Under the pieces are notes generated by a model, which saw only the letters and a list, made by a program, of their open reading frames with translations, was not told the DNA's origin and did not search any database. This document shows, piece by piece, positions 32,371 to 37,535 of a stretch of 37,535 nucleotides of DNA; positions within the stretch are counted from its first letter, which is position 1; each line of letters opens with the position of its first letter. Source of the DNA: a virus (taxonomy: Duplodnaviria > Caudoviricetes); the IMG/VR virus record IMGVR_UViG_3300020365_000050, positions 1 to 37,535 of that record. The stretch is one strand, 5' to 3'. The position numbers and the translations under genes were made by a program.

Positions 32371-33616
32371 AGCAAAACGCCATTGGGGGGCGACCTTCGA
32401 TAAAGATGGAATTGACCACATTTTGCAGACGTTGAGCAATAGCGTTGCCCATTTTGTATCCAGTTGGCATAGTTACAACGCCCTCTTTTTTCTTGTAGAG
32501 GTGAAACGCACCAGCAGGGATGCGACCTTCAGCAACAGCAGCGCGGTCATCTTTGTGGACACGGATAACACGACCGATCGTCTGTGCCATCTCAACAATG
32601 GGCAGATTACGCAGCAGGATAGTGTGAGTCAGACCAGGCACATTGATGCCCTCAGAGAGAATAGAATAGTGGAAGATAACAAAGTGACGAGTATCATCAG
32701 CACCCCACTGTTGCAGGGTCTGGAAGAATACCTCACGACCAACTTTCTTGCCGTTGATAATAGCACCAAACTTACTGGTGATGTGCATGACATCGTAACC
32801 TTGATCCTTGAAATACTCAAGAATGTCAGTCTGTCCGAGCATATCACCCAGCACTTTGCTAGATGGTGCAGACACGAGAACTTTAGGATTCTGAGTAACA
32901 TCAAGTTGCTCAAACATATCCTTCAAGTTGTCAGCATCAACATCGTGTGCGTTGTGCTTAGTGCGGATACGATTGGTCTCGAAAGGCACAACTTTAGGGG
33001 GCACGATTGCACCTGCTGCGATCAACTCTTGAGCAGGCACATTCTCAAGCACACCACCATAAACATCGGTGTTATTCATGCCGCGAGCAACACTCACACC
33101 ACGTCCAGTTTTAGGAGTTGCAGTGAAATAGTAGCGACGTTTGGCATACTGTGCCGTGGCATATACTGCGGTGAAGAAAGAACGACCGCAAGCATTGTGT
33201 GCCTCATCAAAATAAATGGTGTCAATATCAATGCCACTATCTACAACGCGACCCAAAGAATGATAGGTGGTGAAAATAATGCACGACTCACCTGCTGTCC
33301 GCGCAGTGTTAGCGAAGAGAGCAATCTTATCACTCTTGGTGCTACTGAAATGCGTAGTTTCACCACTGTGGCAGTGTGCAACATGCACTTTGCTGCTGTG
33401 AATTTGCTCCATAAATTCCTCGCACAACTGGTTAGCGAGCAGGATACGCGGAGCAACCACGATGATAGTCTGGGGACCAGAATCACGCAGATGTTTGTAA
33501 GCATCAGCGATCATGATGTAGGTCTTGCCGCCACCAGTAGGCACGATGATTTGTCCAGCATTTTGTGCTTGCATAGCATGAAATGCACGTTGCTGGTGAG
33601 GGCGAAGCGAAAGCAT
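32369..33616 (-). CDS. Superfamily 2 (DEAH, ResIII-like) helicase/ATPase
   Basis: LRPHQ Q-motif, PTGGGKT (I), VAPR..LANQ (Ia), TTYHS, FDEAH (II), FTATP (III), LSEGINVP (V), QTIGRVIR (VI). Confidence 0.9.
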   Translation of the reverse strand: MLSLRPHQQRAFHAMQAQNAGQIIVPTGGGKTYIMIADAYKHLRDSGPQTIIVVAPRILLANQLCEEFMEQIHSSKVHVAHCHSGETTHFSSTKSDKIALFANTARTAGESCIIFTTYHSLGRVVDSGIDIDTIYFDEAHNACGRSFFTAVYATAQYAKRRYYFTATPKTGRGVSVARGMNNTDVYGGVLENVPAQELIAAGAIVPPKVVPFETNRIRTKHNAHDVDADNLKDMFEQLDVTQNPKVLVSAPSSKVLGDMLGQTDILEYFKDQGYDVMHITSKFGAIINGKKVGREVFFQTLQQWGADDTRHFVIFHYSILSEGINVPGLTHTILLRNLPIVEMAQTIGRVIRVHKDDRAAVAEGRIPAGAFHLYKKKEGVVTMPTGYKMGNAIAQRLQNVVNSIFIEGRPPMAFC

Positions 33617-33637
33617 TGTTTGTCTGTCGATGAATGT

Positions 33638-33696
33638 AATATAAGCGAAAACAGCACCCTAGTCAAGGATGCTGTGCAGGTTTGTTGATTGTCACA
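33638..33696 (-). promoter_or_regulatory. Early promoter cassette 4 with an overlapping terminator-like hairpin
   Basis: TGTGACAATCAACAAACCTGCACA element; TTGACT-17-TATATT; hairpin ACAGCATCCT-tgact-AGGGTGCTGT-ttt (33651-33675). Confidence 0.8.
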
Positions 33697-33699
33697 TGC

Positions 33700-33867
33700 T
33701 CACCAGATCTCGGTCCATCGCTTGTGGTTTGTTTTACTTAAGCGACCTTCTTTTAGCATGTTGTCACACACGCGGCAGAATACTTCAAATTTTTGTGATC
33801 TTGTGAGCGTATCTGCATCCTCACATTGTGACATGATTTTGATCATGTGTGCTTTAGAAGTGATCAT
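33700..33867 (-). CDS. Hypothetical protein (55 aa)
   Basis: Not in the track. MITSKAHMIKIMSQCEDADTLTRSQKFEVFCRVCDNMLKEGRLSKTNHKRWTEIW*; TGATG coupling. Confidence 0.7.
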   Translation of the reverse strand: MITSKAHMIKIMSQCEDADTLTRSQKFEVFCRVCDNMLKEGRLSKTNHKRWTEIW

Positions 33868-34079
33868 CAGTAAGTGATAACAAGGTGATCGGGGTGTGCA
33901 GATTCTTCAGTTGTGTAATCTGTCATGTAAGCAGGAATAAACTTGTCATCTGCAATACTATACAACATGACTTCTTTATCGAGAGTTTCTGTTGGACAGG
34001 TTTGAAGTTGCTCTAACAATCTGCGATAAGTCATTTTTTTGTGAGAAGATTCAGACCAAGGAATAAGACCCCAAGACAT
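33867..34079 (-). CDS. Hypothetical protein
   Basis: TGATG-coupled ATG at 34079 (alternative start 34034, MTYRRLLEQLQ...). Confidence 0.65.
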   Translation of the reverse strand: MSWGLIPWSESSHKKMTYRRLLEQLQTCPTETLDKEVMLYSIADDKFIPAYMTDYTTEESAHPDHLVITY

Positions 34080-34351
34080 CAGCAACCTACCATCAGAGGC
34101 ATGTACTCATCAGAGGGCAATTTGTCGGTGTTGTAGTCAGTAACCTCAGCACCCTTAGCAATACGCGATGCCCACTCATTCTTGGCATCAATCATACCCA
34201 CAACGCTGTAAGACTTCATACCATTAGCACGGAAAGTGACACGCTTGACGAAACGTTTGATGGTAACTTTCATGCCTTTCTTCTCACAAGACTCAGCAAT
34301 AAATGCCTCAGGGAAGAAGTCAACGATGGTGGCGGAGTTGGTGAGTTGCAT
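34079..34351 (-). CDS. Hypothetical protein (90 aa)
   Basis: MQLTNSATIVDFFPEAF...; first gene after promoter cassette 5. Confidence 0.75.
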   Translation of the reverse strand: MQLTNSATIVDFFPEAFIAESCEKKGMKVTIKRFVKRVTFRANGMKSYSVVGMIDAKNEWASRIAKGAEVTDYNTDKLPSDEYMPLMVGC

Positions 34352-34375
34352 TGCTCTCGTTTCTTTGACTCTTAT

Positions 34376-34434
34376 AGAATACACGAAAACAGGGCGACCA
34401 CAACCACATCTGTGCCACTTCCTAGACTGTCACA
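34376..34434 (-). promoter_or_regulatory. Early promoter cassette 5
   Basis: TGTGACAGTCTAGGAAGTGGCACA element, TTGTGG-16-TATTCT, ataagagtcaaag. Confidence 0.78.
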
Positions 34435-34669
34435 GTTTGCCTCCAACGATGGCAGATCCTACCACGCGACTGTAAAGATCTAGTGTGCCTTCTTGTTCAC
34501 ATTTAAGATGCCAACGTGACATGGTAAGAACTCCTTCATATGTGCCTCCAGTTAGGAAGTCTTTTCCTGTGTCTTTACGGACGCTAGTGAATAGTCCAAA
34601 TCGTGTTTCGTAGATATAGAAAGCATCATCAATCCAATCTACTTCTGCAATCTCTGGGTGCTCACTCAT
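34430..34669 (-). CDS. Hypothetical protein (79 aa)
   Basis: MSEHPEIAEVDWIDDAFYIYETRFG...VGGKL; ATGA overlap. Confidence 0.72.
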   Translation of the reverse strand: MSEHPEIAEVDWIDDAFYIYETRFGLFTSVRKDTGKDFLTGGTYEGVLTMSRWHLKCEQEGTLDLYSRVVGSAIVGGKL

Positions 34670-35262
34670 AATGGGGTTCTCTCACTAACTTGTATTCTAC
34701 CATTTGATACCAATCTATGCAACACTGACTCTCGATTGTAATCAATAATACTGTCAAACATTACGTTTCCAGCGATAACAACTCTTTCTTGCATAGTTTC
34801 ATTGTCTAAAGGGTCTACACCATGCTGCAACCAGGGTGGGAAGACAATAAATCTATTTTGATGCTGATCAGGATAAATCTTGTTACCTTTACTATCAATG
34901 TAGAAGAAACATTTCTGTTGAGTTGGTCTTACAAAATGCACCCAAGAAAACATCTCATGAGTTGTAAAATGATCATGTATGCTGTGCGTTGATGACAACT
35001 TAGAATTATAAATCTGCATCCAGAAGTTATTGCTAAATTTGATTCTGTCACTGAGAGCAGCATCATCTAGCACGTCTTTAATGATAGTGTGATAAAATCT
35101 CTCGAAGATATATTCTGGACGATTATCAATGAAGTAAGTTGTATATAATTTTTGAGTTGGGCAAAGTATTTCATCACCCATATCTTTTACAATCTCTATT
35201 ACATCTGACAATAGATTATTATCAATCTCTCTATCATCATACCAAAAGATTGGATTAAACAT
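34666..35262 (-). CDS. 2OG-Fe(II) oxygenase-like protein (HxH type)
   Basis: WMQIY...HSIHDH...FSWVHFV...FIVFPPWLQHGV...ERVVIAGN; start at MFNPIFW. Confidence 0.78.
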   Translation of the reverse strand: MFNPIFWYDDREIDNNLLSDVIEIVKDMGDEILCPTQKLYTTYFIDNRPEYIFERFYHTIIKDVLDDAALSDRIKFSNNFWMQIYNSKLSSTHSIHDHFTTHEMFSWVHFVRPTQQKCFFYIDSKGNKIYPDQHQNRFIVFPPWLQHGVDPLDNETMQERVVIAGNVMFDSIIDYNRESVLHRLVSNGRIQVSERTPL

Positions 35263-35890
35263 GTGGTGCTCTAAGTAGAGGTGCAATATCACTATTACTA
35301 CGCACAAAGAAAGGCATAGTTAGTCTAGGTTTATTACCGAAAGTTCTTACGCCATGAAAAGTTGCACCATCAAACATCATCAACCTATTATACACATTAC
35401 TTACATTTACAGTTTCTGTAAAATTCTCTTTCATATGATTATATGCAGTTTCATATAAAGTTGAATGTACATCTTCTCCACGATAGTGCATCTCTTTGAT
35501 TTCATTTTTTATCGCATAATATCCGTTGTTTGGAGTATAGATTGATGTGCCAGTATCGGGGTCTGGATCTTTTGTTAGGTATACAATTCCACCAAAGTGA
35601 CATGGACAATCTGCATGTATCCATCCACCGTTTCTACTCTCATCAAATGGATTAACTATCTGAAATGTCAAATCTAATTGGATATAGTCAGGCACTTGCC
35701 TATAAAACACAGTGAATAACTTTTCAGCAAAGCACCGAGCAAACTCTTCATTTAGGTCAAATAATGACCTAGTTCTTTTACCTGGCCAAGCACCACTTTT
35801 GTCTTCAAAATACTCAAATTCCGATGCCATCTTGACGACAGCATCGGGATCAGCGAAAAAGTTATCAATGATAGTAACAGGATAATTCAT
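35255..35890 (-). CDS. 2OG-Fe(II) oxygenase-like protein (DUF6445-like)
   Basis: IIDNFFADPD, WPGKRT, GWIHAD (HxD), GIVYLT, GTSIY, NVYNRLMMFDG..FHG, RLTMPFF. Confidence 0.78.
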   Translation of the reverse strand: MNYPVTIIDNFFADPDAVVKMASEFEYFEDKSGAWPGKRTRSLFDLNEEFARCFAEKLFTVFYRQVPDYIQLDLTFQIVNPFDESRNGGWIHADCPCHFGGIVYLTKDPDPDTGTSIYTPNNGYYAIKNEIKEMHYRGEDVHSTLYETAYNHMKENFTETVNVSNVYNRLMMFDGATFHGVRTFGNKPRLTMPFFVRSNSDIAPLLRAPHV

Positions 35891-36024
35891 TCAATATCAA
35901 TATCAAATTCAAACATATAGTAATCTTGAGTTACACCAATAGTCTCACAAAGTTTACACCAAACATCATGAGTTTCTTGATCATCAAATTCAACGATGTG
36001 ATTTTCAGTTTCTACAACAATCAT
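35887..36024 (-). CDS. Small acidic hypothetical protein (45 aa)
   Basis: Not in the track. MIVVETENHIVEFDDQETHDVWCKLCETIGVTQDYYMFEFDIDIE*; ATGA overlap with the next gene. Confidence 0.55.
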   Translation of the reverse strand: MIVVETENHIVEFDDQETHDVWCKLCETIGVTQDYYMFEFDIDIE

Positions 36025-36026
36025 GA

Positions 36027-36170
36027 TTAAGTAAAATTAGTAAGTGAATGATAGACTGCTTCAATGTGCATGTTACCCTTGAAGTATCCAGCAACAATAA
36101 CACATAGGGTTGCAAAGATGCAACCCAGAAACATACAGACAGGTGTCCAGCGTTTGTGTTTATCGGACAT
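36027..36170 (-). CDS. Small membrane protein (47 aa)
   Basis: Not in the track. MSDKHKRWTPVCMFLGCIFATLCVIVAGYFKGNMHIEAVYHSLTNFT*; one hydrophobic helix. Confidence 0.6.
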   Translation of the reverse strand: MSDKHKRWTPVCMFLGCIFATLCVIVAGYFKGNMHIEAVYHSLTNFT

Positions 36171-36627
36171 AAAGATAACTACCTGCCCAATCAGCACGCT
36201 CTAGCATTTCCTCGCGTGAGTTATCATCTAAGACGTTGAATCTCACACCCTTAGCAGGAGCATTGATTGATGCTGCTTTGAAAACATCACCAGTCTTTTT
36301 ATCAACAAAAGCATGGACGCTACGAGAAGAACCAGTCCTCATCATAACTTTGTGATACTTTCGTCCTGGTTTGATGTAAAACTCATAATCTACGCCTTGG
36401 TTATCAATCTCATGGATTTTACGAATATGATAAGCACGCTCATATTCTTTATCGCCTTTGAAGGTATCTCCCTCAATATGTGCAATCGCATTAGTATGAT
36501 GACGACGTGCTCTATACTTTGCATCTAAGTAAAGTGCATCACACAGCATAACTGTGTAACTCTCAATGTTAGAAATCTGCTCATCCATGGCAGGTTTGCT
36601 TGCAACGTAATCAGCGAAAGTAGTCAT
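36160..36627 (-). CDS. Phage early hypothetical protein (155 aa)
   Basis: MTTFADYV...GRKYHKV...SVHAFVDKKTGDVFKAAS..APAKGVRFN...WAGSYLY; start set downstream of cassette 6. Confidence 0.8.
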   Translation of the reverse strand: MTTFADYVASKPAMDEQISNIESYTVMLCDALYLDAKYRARRHHTNAIAHIEGDTFKGDKEYERAYHIRKIHEIDNQGVDYEFYIKPGRKYHKVMMRTGSSRSVHAFVDKKTGDVFKAASINAPAKGVRFNVLDDNSREEMLERADWAGSYLYVR

Positions 36628-36650
36628 TTGCTTTGGTTGTTGACTTTCAT

Positions 36651-36710
36651 AGTATGACAGCAAACTAGGGGCATTGCAACCCCTAGTGTGCCAGTTTAAG
36701 AAGGGGTTAC
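36651..36710 (-). promoter_or_regulatory. Early promoter cassette 6 with an overlapping terminator-like hairpin
   Basis: AAACTGGCACA half-element; TTGCAA-17-CATACT; hairpin ACTAGGGG-ttgcaatg-CCCCTAGT-tt (36664-36687). Confidence 0.8.
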
Positions 36711-36842
36711 GTCCTCTTCTCTAATTTCCACAACAGTCTCACCGTCAGCGAGATCATTTTCAATCGCTTCACGAATCCATGAGGAATCTACAGGGCGATC
36801 ATCATTTACTTTTAATACTAGTGAAACAAAACGTGTTTTCAT
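36696..36842 (-). CDS. Hypothetical protein (48 aa)
   Basis: Not in the track. MKTRFVSLVLKVNDDRPVDSSWIREAIENDLADGETVVEIREEDVTPS*; ATGA overlap. Confidence 0.6.
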   Translation of the reverse strand: MKTRFVSLVLKVNDDRPVDSSWIREAIENDLADGETVVEIREEDVTPS

Positions 36843-36994
36843 AGGACTGGAAGAATGTCGATGGTAGTCTCTTTAGGGAATGGATATGTATTCATGAACC
36901 ACAAAACGTTGTCTTCTCCGTAGATAACAACCTCTTGTAGAGCACGAAACCCTTTCTTTTTAGGGCGCATCCATTGCACTTTATATTTATTCAT
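36839..36994 (-). CDS. Hypothetical protein (51 aa)
   Basis: Not in the track. MNKYKVQWMRPKKKGFRALQEVVIYG...DILPVL*; ATGA overlaps at both ends. Confidence 0.6.
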   Translation of the reverse strand: MNKYKVQWMRPKKKGFRALQEVVIYGEDNVLWFMNTYPFPKETTIDILPVL

Positions 36995-37122
36995 TCAATG
37001 TGTGCAAGAATGTCACCGACAATTTCATCCTCTGATCCAAGAATATCAGTGACCCAGGTATCTTCTTCAACCTGACACATGTCGTTTTCATCCCATTTGA
37101 CGTTGAAAGTTTCATCAAACAT
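36991..37122 (-). CDS. Small acidic hypothetical protein (43 aa)
   Basis: Not in the track. MFDETFNVKWDENDMCQVEEDTWVTDILGSEDEIVGDILAHIE*. Confidence 0.55.
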   Translation of the reverse strand: MFDETFNVKWDENDMCQVEEDTWVTDILGSEDEIVGDILAHIE

Positions 37123-37318
37123 CGTAACCAAATCCTCCGTTTTGTGCTTTTTTAGCGAGTTGAATTACTTCTTTTAGACGGCGAAGTGACCGTTTCATAA
37201 AGATCAATTCCTCAGTTTTGTAGAGAAATGGATCATCGTCTGCTGCTTTAATTGCTTTCTTCAGACGCTTAACTTGACCAGTAAGTGATTCTTGATTCAT
37301 GTTAGTTTTAGAGATCAT
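37115..37318 (-). CDS. Hypothetical protein (~61-67 aa)
   Basis: ...QVKRLKKAIKAADDDPFLYKTEELIFMKRSL...GFG; start 37318 or 37300. Confidence 0.65.
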   Translation of the reverse strand: MISKTNMNQESLTGQVKRLKKAIKAADDDPFLYKTEELIFMKRSLRRLKEVIQLAKKAQNGGFGYDV

Positions 37319-37320
37319 AA

Positions 37321-37524
37321 TTACCCTCCGTAGTTGTCATCCATAAAGGCAGAGTCTTGTCCCTTTTCGTTGTAAGGGTCTTCACCAAACATTTCCTCAA
37401 AGAGGTTAAGGTTGCCAGTGATTTTAGCACACTCTTGGACATTTTCGATGAAGTCATCAGTGTTAGTTTGAGGGAGAAGGTTGGTGGTGCTGTGCATCCG
37501 ACCGTCGCGATCTTTCCAGAGCAT
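37321..37524 (-). CDS. Hypothetical protein (67 aa)
   Basis: MLWKDRDGRMHS...; co-oriented and tiled with its neighbours. Confidence 0.65.
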   Translation of the reverse strand: MLWKDRDGRMHSTTNLLPQTNTDDFIENVQECAKITGNLNLFEEMFGEDPYNEKGQDSAFMDDNYGG

Positions 37525-37535
37525 GTGTGTGTTTC

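Noticed and set aside
32369-33616. Type III restriction-modification system
   Set aside because: Only the helicase core is present; there is no Mod methyltransferase or nuclease domain in the window.
28931-36710. Repeated intergenic motifs read as a CRISPR array or att sites
   Set aside because: The copies are degenerate, hundreds to thousands of bases apart, and always precede a start codon with -35/-10 geometry, so they are promoters.
1-37535. tRNA or rRNA genes
   Set aside because: No cloverleaf with a T-loop GTTCRA and matching acceptor stem was seen in the intergenic gaps; tRNAscan-SE would confirm.

Overview
This window is a segment of a T4-like myovirus, most likely a marine cyanomyovirus. 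That assignment rests on gene content and order, NATAAATA late promoters and cyanobacterial-type DnaA boxes. Every credible gene is on the minus strand. The left ~28 kb is a late virion/baseplate module, read right to left: four small ORFs (one AbrB-like), an 875-aa structural protein, a PAAR tip protein, a 45-aa basic peptide, gp25, gp6, a giant 7006-aa gp7-like protein, and the start of a gp9/gp10-type gene. The giant protein is a mosaic of Gly-rich repeats, a YHYH-like domain, beta-propellers, LamG domains and helical repeats. The right ~9 kb is an early/host-takeover-type region of about 30 small ORFs, three 2OG-Fe(II) oxygenases and an SF2 helicase. It is driven by seven sigma70-like promoters, six of which share a bipartite upstream element. 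Most notable observations: (1) helical repeats in the giant protein that align by eye to phycobiliprotein subunits, including both bilin-cysteine contexts; (2) three perfect TTTTCCACA boxes in an AT-rich intergenic gap; (3) a plus-strand-specific structured element at the early/late junction; (4) repeated promoter/stem-loop cassettes. All family assignments come from motif recognition by eye; no searches were run.
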